This document shows, piece after piece, positions 39,065-53,231 of a stretch of DNA of 64,000 nucleotides. A program made the translations under genes and the position numbers. The notes below the pieces were generated by a model that saw only the letters and a program-made list of their open reading frames with translations, did not search any database and was not told the DNA's origin. The DNA is from Epiperipatus broadwayi (Eukaryota > Animalia > Onychophora), in contig JAQFVV010000001.1 in NCBI GenBank assembly GCA_028023455.1, forward strand, positions 992,001 to 1,056,000. The letters run 5' to 3'. Numbering within the stretch: the first letter of the stretch is position 1; the number at the start of each line of letters is the position of its first letter.

Positions 39065-40025
39065 TAAGTGATGATGTTATGTGATGTGATGTATTATGGC
39101 TTCTCCGTAAACGAAGTCAAGAATATCTCAGCAATTATGCCCAGATAAACCTGTTAGCCACTTTCTTTTACATTCCCCACTCTAAATTTACCCATAATCT
39201 GCTCTATCCCATTTCCACAACATAATTTTTGTCAACTCTATAACCTTTATATCTAAATCCCCCTTATCTTTTCCCAAACCCAGCATAAAAACCAATAATT
39301 CACTTTCTGTATAATCACTCTTTTCATATTTATTTTTCCACAACTTCATTATATGTACCCTTTCTGTTTTCAAACATTTACATTCAATTAACAAATGCCT
39401 AATATTTTCAATTCCTTCCTTACATAATTTACAAAATAAATCACCCATATTTTTCCATTTACATGTATATTCTTTTGTAGCTAAAGATCCCGTTCGAGCC
39501 TTAAACAATAAACTACTTTCCTTACTATTATCATATATTAACTCACACCTAATATTCTGTTTATTTCTATATATATTTAAACTCTTTTTACTCTCCATAC
39601 TATTTCTCCATCTCTCTAACTCCCTAATCTTTATTAATAAATTTATTTTTTTATCCCATTCCTTACTACTATAACAATCAATAATCCTCTTAACACAATC
39701 ATCCCATCTTTTGTACAAATATACTGATATAAATTCTTTATCCAAATCTTTTGCATACCGCATTACCTTTCTCACCCATTTTGTTATCTGCCCTTTACTC
39801 ATAGCCCAATTAAATACTATTTTAGCTATTCTTTTATTATCCATAAACTGCAATCTACCAAACATTTTCATTTTACTTTTTGCATCTCTCATATAAAAAC
39901 TTGACCATCCCATTTCTCCTTGAATTGCCTCCCTTGCTGTCCATACTTCTGCATCCAATGCATGTCTTACTACTTCCCTTTGAGCTTTTTCTAAATAATC
40001 TAATATCTTTTTACTAACATATAAT
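39065..40025 (-). mobile_element. 5'-truncated non-LTR retrotransposon (probably CR1/L2 group), ORF2 C-terminus intact
   Basis: TSD AAACT (39060-64, 40026-30); ACATC-type tail at 39068-39092; open frame to stop at 39188 with LFKARTGSL...CKLC...HLLIEC zinc-knuckle-like motif. Confidence 0.85.
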
Positions 40026-40180
40026 AAACTACAGCTCACGGACCACATGTAGCCCCTGGTGTGCATTTGTGGACCCGCCTATAAGTTTAAAAATGTCAAA
40101 TTTATATATATTATCATACAGATTTTACATATAGATAAAAAAATACATAATATGATAGCTTCCAGTTAATAATTGACATA

Positions 40181-41340
40181 TGTGATGTAACATTATGTAT
40201 ATACACGCATTGCGCAGGGGTGTGTGTATATACGAGTTACATAGTTCACTTGTTTTTATTTATTAAAAAAAATATAAAATTTAAAAAAATATATCAGAAT
40301 CAATAGCTTGAAAATATAGAAATTAAAATATAGGGAAAGTTAGAGATAAGTTAGAAACTAATAATTATAACTTGTCTTTCTTTTATACAATATTATCTGA
40401 CAAAAATATTCTTTAAGGAAAAAAAGTGTCTTTAATTAAAAAAATAAAAAGTTTGTGATTAATTAAAATAGTTTGTACAAAAATAATCAGACTGAAGATT
40501 AAAATTCCAGACTGATTAGTTGAACAATTTCTAATCTCTGTAATTAAAATTCGAAAACAGAAATAAAGAAATATAAATTATAATTAAATTATTTGAGATA
40601 AAATGTGTTGAAGCTAGGGCAAAGGGGGGGGGGGGTCAGAGTAATATAAAAGGCACACATTCTCTATTGTTTTCAGTTCAGATAGAGTTTTGAATTCAGT
40701 TGTTAAGTTAAGTTTGAATTAAGTTCATTTCAAGAGATTAAAAAGAATAATTGGCTAGAATTGAACGTTGTGTTTGGTCATTTTCTCTGCTCTTCTCCCT
40801 TGTGCCATTTAACAAAATGCTGTAATAAATTATCCTGACTCGCCTTCAGCCAAAGTTTCAACCCACCCTAGTAAATGAAGTGAAAATTATGTAAACCAGG
40901 TCACCAAGAACAAGTTATTAAAAAGCTGTCTTTTAGTGAGAAATACCAATGCCAGGACCGAGAAACTAACCGGATCTTAGGACAAAAGGGATGATCACCC
41001 AACTACAACTACAAAAAAATCCAGGAACTATGATACCTAACACGGAAATTAAAGACTAATAGAACCACTACAAAGACAATGTTGAAATGACAAATAAAGT
41101 CCAAAAGCAGCGTTATAAATCCTAGGTAAATATTTATTAATATCAGGATAGAAACTTAAATCTTACTCATTAAAATAAGCATGCAAAATTTGTTAAATGT
41201 GTAATATTTCTTGTGTATTTTACATTTTAATTATGTCTTATTATTATTATTACGTTTATAATTATTATCATTGTTTTTAAAATAAATTTTGTTTAAAATT
41301 ATTAATGTCATTTTTTCCATCTCTCTTTCTCTCTCTCCAT
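40181..41340. mobile_element. Possible LTR-like insertion inside the hAT left arm
   Basis: starts TGTGATGT like 10364; poly-G then TATAAAAGG near 40625-40655; hAT is otherwise longer than typical; right boundary and TSD not found. Confidence 0.25.
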
Positions 41341-43022
41341 TCATAATCCAATGTGCAGCCGGGCTCATGAAGAACTAGCCATGGATTAAGCATTTGAAAC
41401 GTGTTAGGGACATCTCATGGTTCCAATCTCAGTATTGGATGGAACCCTGGGTTTTAAACCCATTATAAATTTCCCCATGGGATGTTTCATGTTTCATGCA
41501 GCCGGGGAGCTACTTAGGTCTGGAAAAATGACTGTCAGTTTAATCTGCTTGAGTAACGGGTTTTTAAAAATGTCTTTTTTGCAAAATAATATGATTTTAT
41601 AAAATTAGAATAAATAATTAGAAAGTTTAAAAATTAAAAAGTGCAAGTTGTAAAAGTTTTAAAAAAGTCTAAAAGTTGAATTAAGGAGGATTTTAATTCC
41701 TGTTACAATATATACATGTTTCTTAAAAATAAAATAATATTGATTTGATGCATGTATATATTTGTCTTTTTAAGAATAAAGTAAAATTCGATTTGTAAAT
41801 TTGTGAATATTTTCAAATCAAAGAAACTAATTTTTAAAAAATTGTTTATAAAAACATGTTTTTTTTAATCGCAAACGTAAACTTTGAACTGAAATGCTCT
41901 TTAATAAAAAATCATGTTTGCTTAATTAGTTGGCTTTCTTTTATTTAAAATTGGAAGAAACAATTAAATAAATGCTTTTGGGATATTTGTGGAAAATGTT
42001 GTATTTTTTCATTCGTTAAAAGTGCTAATTAATACATATATAATTTACCAAAGGGGAAATTCGCACACAAAAGCACTTCTGCTAAATTTTTATCAATTTA
42101 AACAAATGGAAGATTTTTAACTTCTATTAAAGAAAGATTTTGTTTACAATCTATAAAAATCTCAACATTTCCCGAGTATCTTTTGAAATAAAAGTGTATA
42201 AACACTTGGGGAAAATGTATTGTCTTTATTCTTGTACTTATTTTGCTATTTTCACTCAATCCAGTACATTGAGATCATCAAATATGAATAGCAAACCTAT
42301 TTAAAATTTATAGGTATGCTACATTTTATCATTTAAGAATCTAACAACTTTTTAGTAATAACACCCAAATAGACAATGCAGGTTACTAAAAATTTGCAAG
42401 TTTTATTTTTAAAAAATTTATCCCCTTTTTAAAAAAAAATATGATTAAATAATTAAATAGAATGCCAAACAGCTAAAAGATTTTTTTAAAATCCAACTTC
42501 TCTCATCTATTTCTAAAAGATTTTCCTTTTCTGTTTAAAGATAAATCAATCATGCATCACCAGTTAAAACTTTTTTTAGAAATTTATTTTATAATTACCA
42601 AACGCAAATGTTTTTGTAAACAACTTCAAAATAACTAAATGAACAATAAATTTAGTTGATTTGAAAAACTAATAATGCTAAGATTAAAAAATTCCTTTCA
42701 ACTTTAAAGGTGATGAAATATATATGAACGTCAAATATTTTTTTTTATTCTCAATTATTTTCTTTATTCTTTACAATAGCTTCATGTATGCTGCAATAAT
42801 AAAAGATATAATTCATTGAGTAGAAGCTATCAATCTAACTTGTTTTCATTATATGTGTAAAATAAATAATTGTTTAAATTAAGATCCTGGAACTCTTCCC
42901 TCGATCAACTCTGTTTTTGTCTAAATCTCACGGTCTTGATTAAAATCATTGCACTTGTCAATATACCGTTTGTTTCACTAGTGTTCAGACTTGGCTGTTA
43001 ATTTTGAAATCTGTTCTTAAAA

Positions 43023-44825
43023 ATGACTTCAGTTAAAAAACGTAAAATTGACAATGAATGTCATATTTTTATCAGTGAATGGACATGGAAGTATTTTTTC
43101 ACAAATGTTGAAAACAAAGCAGTGTGCTTAATATGCCATGAGAGCACTGCTGTTTTCAAGGAGTACAATTTAAAGAGGCATTTGCAAAGTAAACCCAATA
43201 CATTTCAAGTACTTTATCAAAAAATGAAAAACAGCAAAAGTCAAATGATTTATTAAAAAGTTTAAACTGGCAACAAAATTTTTTTGTCAAACAAAGTGAC
43301 ATAAAAGCTGGTGCAACGAAAGCTAATTTTGTACTTGTGTATAATATTGCCAAATATAACAAATCATTTTCTGAAGGTGAATTTTTAAAGCTATGCATGC
43401 TTGCCACTGTTGACATTGTCTGCCCAGAAATTAAAACAAAAATTGAAGCAAGGTCTTTATCAATAAGAACTATAGTATGTTGTCGTATAGATGCTATTTC
43501 AGAGAATTTGTTAAAACGGTTAGTTGAGGTTAGCAAATCATTTGATTGGTACTCTCTGGCACTGGATGAGAGCAATGATATTAAAGATATTGCACAACTG
43601 CTTGTATTCATAAGAGGAATTGATCATAATTTTGCAATTACTGAAAAGTTGCTCTCATTTGAAAAATTGATGGATACAACAACTGGTAAAGATTTGTATG
43701 AATGCCTTGAAAATTGTCTGAATAAAGTTGGATTACCATTGATAAATTAGTAAGCATAACAACTGATGGTGCACTTTCATTAACAGGAAAAGCAGTTGGA
43801 ATCATAAAGCTTCTTGGTGAAAAAGTGAAAGAAGAGCATCCACATCATTCTTTAATATCATTGCATTGTATAATTCACCAAGAAAACTTATGCAAATCTT
43901 CATTGGACTTTAAATATGTGATTGATCCAGTAGTGCACACTATAAACATTATCAGAGCAAGACGACTAAATCACAGACAGTTCAGGAATTTCTTGGATGA
44001 AATGGATTGTGATTATTTTGATGTGTTGTATCATAATAATGTATGTTGGTTAAACTTTGGCAATGTTCTGAAAACGGTATGGAATCTGAGACAATAAATT
44101 TTGCTTTTCTTTCAAATGAAAGATATTAATTATGAATTTGTAATTAGCATGAAAAACAATGAATGGATATGTGATTTTGCATTTGCAGTTGACATTTTCA
44201 ATAAATTAAATGAATTGAACATTAAATTACAAGACAAAAATGTTTTTGCACATGAATTATTTGTGGAAATTAAATCTTTCAAGTGAAATTACAATTTTTG
44301 GCCAAACACCCCCATGAGCAAAATTTTGTGTATTTTCCAATATTGTGGATGCAGACTATCAATCAAGTTTGTTCAAAGAAATATGGTAAGCAGTTATCTG
44401 TTTTAAGAGAAGAATTTTCAAGGTGTTTTGCTGATTTTAAATCATTGAAAAATGAATTTAATTTATGTTATCCATTTACCAGCAATGTAGAAACAATATT
44501 GGATGATTTGTAATTTGAATTGATAGATCTTCAACCAGATAACGCACTAAGGAAATTTTTATGAATATGACACTGATTTTTATGCATCGTTCAATTTATA
44601 AAAATTTTGTAATTTGAAAATCTTTTCCCAAAAAATGTTTGCATTGTTTGCTTCAGCATATATTTGTGAACAGACATATTTCTGTATGAATATAAACAAA
44701 TCAAAGAATAGGCTGTTTTGTCAGATTCAAATTTATATGCAATTTTACGAATAGGTACTAGTAGTCTCAATCCCGATTATGACAATTTAGAACAGAATTG
44801 CAAACAATTGCATAAATCTCATTAA
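43023..44825 (+). pseudogene. hAT transposase pseudogene (GTF2IRD2/SPIN/Charlie-like)
   Basis: BED-like CLICHE...KRH; WYSLALDESNDIKDIAQL; HCIIHQENLC; split into ORFs 43023, 43337, 43825, 44101 and 44283 by stops and frameshifts; ends LHKSH*. Confidence 0.92.
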
Positions 44826-47141
44826 TAAGAAAATAAAATAATTTTTGTTATATATTTTTGTGATATATGTAAACATATTTAATAAATTTGTATGCAAATT
44901 ATGTTTTCAAATAATACTTCTATTTATGTTATTTGTGGCCCGCTAGAAGTGTTACGAAAGACAATGTGGCCCTCAGTGAAAAAGGTTTGCCCACCCCTGA
45001 GTTAAGAGTTAGTACCAAAAGGTTATTCCTTTATAGTTATTATATAAGCAATTATGTTTAGGATTAGAATCTAAAAAAGCCCATTCCTTATGATTATTAT
45101 GATAAAGATAGCATTGATGTCTATCCCATAAAAGAGCGTATATATATATATAGGTAAGTACAGTACTAGGAGACGTGAATCAAAGAAATGTTATATTTAT
45201 GAATTCATACCTGTGTAGAATTATGTTTAAGTTTATTGAAGTCAGTGTTAAAGCTACAGCAGATATGTTATATTATCTATGAATATATTGATACTGTGAT
45301 ATATAAAAATTAAAGGACTTTGTTAAAGAAATAAATTGCATATCAATTAATGATTATATTTTATACATAAATTATTGTTACATGATTTGTTAATTTATTT
45401 AAGAAAATAAGTTGTATATCACTAATAGGTACACTGTAAATAAATTATTATCACATGATTTGTTATCTTGTTTATGTAAGATTGTTTGGTCTACCATCAT
45501 TCATCAGGAGTAACTTGTGTTCTACATGATTGAGGCTGGCATTTCAAATGGGGCTGTGTGATGGTTACATTATTATATTGAATAAAATATTGTTTTAAAT
45601 TTATGTGTTAGTTTATTTCCTGATGCTTATAAGCCAAGTGGTGCCCATGAAATTTATGTAAATAAATAAATAGAGAAAATGTAAAATAAATGAACTATGC
45701 TAAGTCTGACCATTACAATATTTATATATATATATACGATTAACTGACACTTAAGCTAATTTGGCTCATGGGAATTACATGTTTTAATATATTTGTATTT
45801 TATGTAAAATTAGTACTGAATATATAATTTACAATTATTTTCTGTATGGTAATTAAACAGTAATAATCTGGCAAACAGGTAATTTATCTATTTTTACTGG
45901 ACCGAGTCTGAAGAGATATTTCAATTTTCCCTGAATCACCAGATTTAATTATTTTAATATGCATTAAGATTTACCTAAATGGTAGCTTTTATTTAATGTT
46001 TAATAAATTAATACAGATGAATTTTAAAAATAAAATTTAAAAACAAATTAATATATCATATTGACATGAACATTTTTTTTTCTTTTCTTTTTGTTTTAGT
46101 TTGTCACTTGAGTTACAAAAGAAAATTATCCAGTGGCCATGGCAATCATAAATTTCATTTTTTATTACCTAAAATAGCAACAATAGAAAAAAAAAAATCA
46201 AATTTTGTTTACAAAAATATTATTAAAAATCTAGTAAAAACTTTACTGTAAAAAATTTTAAATATAAAAATGTGTTTTTATTTAAGGCAACAGAGTTCAC
46301 CTTTAATCATTTAAGTGTTATTTTAAAAATTGGCCTAGATTGTCTAACAAAATAAAAATTAAAAAAAAAAAATGTTGTTAAGTGTACATATATAAAATCA
46401 AATTTTTTAAAAAAGTATATAAAAAATGTTGTAAATAAATAATAGAATGGTTTATCACTTCGACAGTTATGTTCAAGCATTAGAAGTCATAGCTTAAACT
46501 TCAAGACCAAGATCTTTAATTTTTGTACCACTGTGATAAAATATAGAAAATATTATAAATATATAGTAAGATATTAAAATTAGTATCATATTATTTAATA
46601 TATAGATTTCATATTTATTTAAACTTCCAGAAATTTATAGTGTTTTGAAGATAACTGAGGGCATATAATAAGTTGAGGTAGATTGTTGAATTAATATGTA
46701 CTGCTTTTAATTTTCAAAATTCTTAATGTAGTAAGACTGAGAAATCATGAGTGTCAGATTTATTGATGACCAACTGAGTGCATTCACAAATATTTCTCTC
46801 TTTTTTTTTTTTATTATAAATTTGTTTTTGTTTTTTTTTTAAAAAAAAGAAATACCAATTAGATATTTTATTCTCTTATTACTAATTTTATTTTTAGAGA
46901 AAGTATAATTTACTTTTTATGTTTTGATGATGATGACAATGTGGTAAGCTTTTCTATTAAGAAAAATTTCAATTAGTAGATTGATTATAATTAAATTAAA
47001 AACATCACATTTGTAAAATCAAATAAACAAAAAAAAAATATTGATTAATTTAAAGCAATAAAATTGGATGAATTATGACAATTCATTAAAGAATATTAAT
47101 CCTATCTGGTTAAATTATTGTACATTGTTAAACAAATAATA

Positions 47142-50045
47142 ATCATCATCATCATCAACAACCTTTATCAATCCACTGCAGGGTGAAAGTCTCTCCAAGT
47201 TCAGTCCATCTTCTCCGATCTTTAGCTTCTCCACATCACCCCTGCACGCTTTCTTATTTCATCCATCCATCTAACATGTAGTCTCTTTCTGGATCTTTTA
47301 CAATTTCTTGGAATCCAGTTTAAGATTTCAACTGTCCATCTATTATCATCTCTTCTAGCAATATGTCCAGCCCAACTCCACTTCAATCTTTTAATTTTTC
47401 AATGAGGCCAGTAATACCTGTTTGTTCTCTTACCCATACATTGTGTTTTTGATCTCCTCTTGTTACTCCCAACATGCATCTCTTGATACTTCTTTGAGTG
47501 GCATAAAGTCTCTGTATTGCTCTTCTATTAAGTGTCCAAGTCTCAGATCAATAAGTAAGAACTGGTAAAACACATTTGTTAAAAACTTTCCTTTTCAAAC
47601 ACATAGGCATATTTCCTTTTAGTATCAAGTTATTTCTACCAAAAGCACTCCAACCAAGTTTAATTCTATGATTAATTTCATCCATTATGTTTCCATCTGT
47701 ATTAATAATCTGACCAAGGTATTGGTAACTGTTAACTTCTTCTAACTCATCATAATCAATCTTTATTTTCATATTTTGAGAAAATCAATCAAACATTACT
47801 TTAGTCTTTTTAACATTTATCTTTAGTCCTACTTTCCTACTTTCATCTGATAACTCCTGCAACATTTCCTGCAGCTCTAAAGCATTATTTGCAAAAACAA
47901 CTACATCATCTGCAAAATCTAAATGACTTAAATAATCTCCATTTACTTTCACTCCTTTAGCTTCCCATTTTAATCCACAAAATACTTCTTGCAGCACTAC
48001 TGTAAAAAGTTTTGGAGATATGGAGTCACCCTTTCTTACACCCTTCTCAATGTTGTCTTTCCCAGTATCCTTATGTAATCTAATTGTTGCTCTTGCATTT
48101 TTATAAATATTCTTTAAAATTTGACAATATCCTGGATCTATATCTTGATGATCCAATGCTTTAATCACTGAAGAAATGTTTATAGAATCAAATGCCTTTT
48201 CATAATCTATAAATCCAAAACATAATGGCACCTCATATTCATTTCCCCTTTCTATAACTTCTCTCAATACCTGGATATGACCTACTGTACTAAAACCACT
48301 TTTAAATCCAGCTTATTCTCTTGGTTGGTGGAAATCCAATGTTCTCTGTAGACGAGTTGTAATTATCTTGGTAAAAATTTTGTATAAAACTGATAAAAGG
48401 CTGATAGGCCTGTAATTTCTAATATCTTCTTTATCCCCTTTCTTAAATATTAATATTAATACTGCATTCTTCCAATCATCTGGTACATCTTTATCATTTA
48501 GACATTTGGTATATAACTTTGCTAATATTTTTTCTATTTCTTCACCTGCTTCTTTTAATATATCAATTATTATTGCATCATTACTGCATGTCTCACTTCT
48601 TCATTTAAAATTCTGGGTCAATTTGGAAGATATAATAGATATAGAAGGTACTTGTTCTTTATTACTATATATTTCTTGATATAAGTCTTCTATCCATTTC
48701 ATGATGTCATCTCTCTTTTTAGTAATAATTCCATCTTTTTTTCTTATTGCAGATATAAATTTCCTATCAATACCAAAATTTGTTTTATATTCTTGAGACT
48801 TTTATTTTCTTCAACAGCTTTCCTTGCTAGTTCACAGTTATACTTTCTTATATCGTTTTCAACCTTTTTCCACACCATTTTACAAAATTCGAGATATTCA
48901 ATCCTTTTTAATGCACCATTTTTGTATATCTTCATATTCCTTCTTTTCTTCATAAATTCTCTAGTCTCACTTGAAATTTCATTGGTCAGTTGCTGCTTTC
49001 TTTCTACCAGCTATCTTTGTTGCAGTTTTCAAAAGTGTATCAGTTATTTTCATATTAATTTCATTCAAATCTGAATCATGTGCAAAATCTACTAATACTT
49101 GAAACCGATTTGTAAGTTTTAATTTAAATTCATTAGAATGTTTCTGAAGATTAGGAATATCAACTGTAAATATTGTTTTTCTTAATAATTTTTGTCTCTC
49201 TAGTTCTGCATTAACACGTATCTTACATCTTACTAATCGATGATCACTTCCTGTATTAAATTTATTAAGAACATTACAATCTTGAAATATGTATTTTGTG
49301 TTAGTCAAAATATAATCCAGTTCTGCTGTATCTTCATTTGGATGCTTCCATGTCCATTTCCTTTTAACATTTGTTTCAAAAAAAGAATTCATAATATAAA
49401 GTTTTTCTTTTTTTGCAAACTCCACAAATCTATGTCCTCTCTCATTTCTATTACCTTAACCAAAATTACCTACTGCACTTTCATCCTTCATTTGTTTACC
49501 AATTCTAGCATTAAAGTCTCCCATAACAAGTTTAAAATTTTGTTTACTCTGATCAAAAGCCTTTTGTACATCCATATAAAAATCTTTTACTACCTCATCA
49601 CTATGAGAACTTGTGGCATAAACCTGAATTATCTGCATTTGGTATCTGCTATTAAGTTGTAAAACTAATCTTGCCACTCTGTCTGATACACCATCAATCT
49701 CCACAATGTTATTCTTCCATTTTTTATTTATAATGAATCCTACTCCACTTGTATTTCCAATATTTGTGCCTTTATAATAGTGTACATGTCCACTTTTTAA
49801 ATCAATTGCCTCTTCACCTTTTCTTCTAACTTCACAAAGTTCAATAAGGTCCCATTTAATATAAGACAGTTCTTCTTCTAATTCTTGCAATCGTCCTTCA
49901 CTTGAAAGTGATCTGCAGTTGTAAGTACCTAAATAAAAAGTTGTCATCAAATGGCAGCCTGGCTCCGCAATCAGGAGATTCTCAGCACCCTCTGCCTTTA
50001 GCCACCAACCGCTGCTTTGGTTGGTGCCTCCTCGGAATAAGGGCT
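47142..50045 (-). mobile_element. Near full-length RTE (BovB-like) LINE, antisense to host gene
   Basis: APE endonuclease (GTYNCRSL...ELCEVRR; MGDFNARIG; GSDHRLV) in ORFs 49456-49950 and 48979-49425; RT (IDYEKAFDS, KGDSISP, FADD) in ORF 47785-48267; (GAT)5 tail at 47142-56; several frameshifts. Confidence 0.95.
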
Positions 50046-50471
50046 ATGATTTATTTTTGTCTGTCATAATTGTATATATGTATTTGAAAAATAGTTATCA
50101 TTTACACAAACATTCATTCTGCCCTATCAGGCAACTGAGAAGAAAGTCCATGGTGTTTCTTGATCTTAAACTTAGAGATAAAAAGCCAATAAACTCATCA
50201 AGCTAGCTAATGCGTGTTGGTGAGCAGCCCATCCATGTTCGTATACTATATGAATAATCACATAGTCATAACAGCTGCAATGACAAGAACGTATGGAGTG
50301 GACATTAGGAAATTTTCCCTGCTCGGTTCCTTTAAGGCCTCCAAGAGGAATCAGTTGGGTCTCCTTTCAGTGCTTAAAATCATTAAAGAATGTTTCATGA
50401 TTTTAATAATTTATACGCTCTAATAAAAATTAAGTAGTGTATATTTGACGAATTAAATATTTTGTTTCTAG

Positions 50472-50549
50472 GCAGCTCATGTTGGTGTGGGTATTAGTGG
50501 AGTAGAAGGTCTTCAAGCAGCCTGTGCATCTGATTATTCTATAGCTCAG
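50472..50549 (+). CDS. ATP8A: ATP8A-like exon 6
   Basis: AG/GT bounded, phase 0; AAHVGVGISGVEGLQAACASDYSIAQ. Confidence 0.97.
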
Positions 50550-50679
50550 GTACAGTGAAAAGAAAAATTAAGGAAAAAATATTCTAATTTATTGCAGTTC
50601 TTAATGTAATTTTTATTAATCTTTCTAATTTCGTTATTTTTTGCAATATTTTGTGTATTTTTTTTTTTTACTTTTTTAG

Positions 50680-50790
50680 TTTCGTTATTTGAACAAATTA
50701 CTTTTTGTACATGGTTCATGGAATTATCACCGTTTATGCAAAGTGATTTTATACTGCTTTCATAAAAATATATGCCTTTATTTTATAGGG
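50680..50790 (+). CDS. ATP8A: ATP8A-like exon 7 (into M5)
   Basis: follows a 130-nt intron; [37 protein letters not shown]; donor GTAAGT. Confidence 0.96.
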
Positions 50791-53125
50791 GTAAGTTTAA
50801 TCTTGAAAAATATACAAATATTTTTAAATGGAAATGTTTATATTTAAACTTTTATTTAATTTTCAAGAATTCTTATTTAATCAACATATGGTATTTGTTT
50901 TTGAGATCAATCACTATTTGAGCACCAGAAGTGTCAATCAAAGCTCAACAATTTTATTCATTTGAAGTCATTTGAAAAAAAAGAATGTCTTTTTTTATTT
51001 TACTTATATATTTTTTATCAATGATTGATATAAAAATCCATAATTTTCTGCCAGCATTTTTTTTTACCATTTCTTCAATATTTAGATATTAATTATGTAA
51101 AAGATTTATTTTAATGCTTATATTAAATGTTAGCTTGACTATTATAGTACTTGATGAATGTATGATTTTATTTAGGAATTCTGCAATAGAAGATTGTAAT
51201 GATGCTTCTACTTGTTTTGGTCTTGGACTTATGAAATCCTGCAATATATCTTAACTTAAAATAATCTGCCTATTTTGTTAGTGACTTGCATTTTTTTTTT
51301 TGACTTATCTAAAATACTGAGTTCTTATTCTATAATTTTATCTATTATCTTTGTATCTAGGAATATGTCTTTTTATATTTTTTTACTTTATATGCCAAAG
51401 AGTTTGCATACGCCATAGAACCAAAAAAAGTACAATCATTTGCAATATCTATTGTAAATTGCGTTTAAATAAAAAAACAATTGCTTATTATTTTTTATTC
51501 ATAAGCTTCATTTTGCATTAAGATATATATGTTTGAAATATATTTTGTAACAAATTTCAAATTAAAAGGAAACTTGGAGATTAATATTTCTTGATTACCT
51601 ATCTGGAAATAAATAAAAGATTTTTTTTAAATTCAAAAATGAAAAAAAATTGTATATTTTTTAAAAAAAAGATTCATATATATATCAAATCAAGCATTAC
51701 ATGGCCTTCTCTTCTTAGTTTCAATATTTTTCGTTAAGAGCAATATATTTATTTATTTATTTGATCTCATGAAGTGATGATGATTAAATTTAATGATTTG
51801 TTTATACCTAATAAAAGAATAATGAATCTAAAAGTTGATATAGTTAGAGTTATATTATATCATATTTTTGATTAATTTCATAAATTTATGCCATTTACAT
51901 TTTTTTAAGAATAGAATGTGCTAATTTATTTGAAGTTATAATATAATGCTAAGCATAAATATTGTCTTAACTTTTTTTTTCTTTCAAAACTTGGTTTTGT
52001 AAACAGAATCATCTTTTAAGCTCAAAGATTATACATTAATCATGTTTGTAAGCAGGAAAAAAAACCCCATTTAGTTTATTTTTTTTATAAATAGTTTTGG
52101 AAGTGTACATAATGAGAAACATAAACATTTTAGTTAGATTTTAGTTTTTAGTTGAGTTTTGATTTAAAAAGCAAAAAGAGAAATCAGGAGTCACCATGCA
52201 AGAGGCTCATGGGGATAAACATTATTTCTTGAAGGTCTATCTGAATATATATGTACTATAAACATGTTGCTGCAGCTATTAGTAATGTTGATTTTAAAAT
52301 GATGCTTTGTAAAAATTATATTTCCTGTTTTGAATATATCATCCCAACGTTTGTCCAATTAGGAGCTTCGACAAAATTTATATGAAAATTCGTTAGTGAA
52401 CAAAAATTTCATCATTAAATGATGAATTATTATACTATTGCCAGAATAGTTATATTAAGAAAGAAGAAATGGTTAAAAAAAAGAAAGCAATTGTAAACAT
52501 CTCTACAATTGAATTACAGCTTAAAAACTTGAACTATCAAATATAAACAATTTTGCAAAGATCTTATTATTTAAAAACATTCATAAGATATGTAATTTTT
52601 ATTTTTTTTTATTATGATTTTTTGAAATAGTTTTTATGTAAATGCTTTTTTATTATAATAATAACTTACATTCAAATATCATTATAGTGACTAGTTCATT
52701 TAATTTTTACCTTTACTAAAAATCTTAAATAATGATATAAAAGTTAAGCTAATTATATCAAGATTAGTAATTAGATTACATCAGTATCCTGTAGTTATAT
52801 TCTCATATAATAATTCCAATTATTAAAAACTATATATAATTATATATATATTCATAAGATAAATTATAATTAGCCAACTCATGCATTAATTATTGTTAAT
52901 TTCTTAGTTAATTAATTAAATATTATTTTGTTTAACTTATGATATCTCTTTTGTTGTCAGCATTTTAAAATGTTGATTATCTCAGCAATGATTATTGTGA
53001 TTTTCTGTTTCTATACTAAATTTAATCTAAGATATTGTGGTGGATATGTGAATGCTTAATTGATTGCCTATTATATTCACCAATGAGCACCATATTTAGA
53101 AATACAAATTGAATATAGAAATGCA

Positions 53126-53156
<31 letters not shown>

Positions 53157-53231
53157 CAATATAGTATATATTTGTACATGTACTCTTTACTAGTTTAGTA
53201 ATGTTATTAATATTTTTTTTTTTTTTTGTAG

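Larger units (their letters stand above)
39049..44999 (+). mobile_element. hAT DNA transposon, Charlie/Buster type
   Basis: TIRs CAGGGGTAGGCAAAC (39049-63) and reverse complement CAGGGGTGGGCAAAC (44985-99); 8-bp NNNTANNN TSD AGTTATGG/AGTTAAGA (6/8 match); GGCCC-type subterminal motifs; transposase remnant. Confidence 0.92.

Noticed and set aside
45480-45510. - strand CTGATGA...GACCAAAC
   Set aside because: Spacing and pairing do not fit a hammerhead, and no stem I was found.
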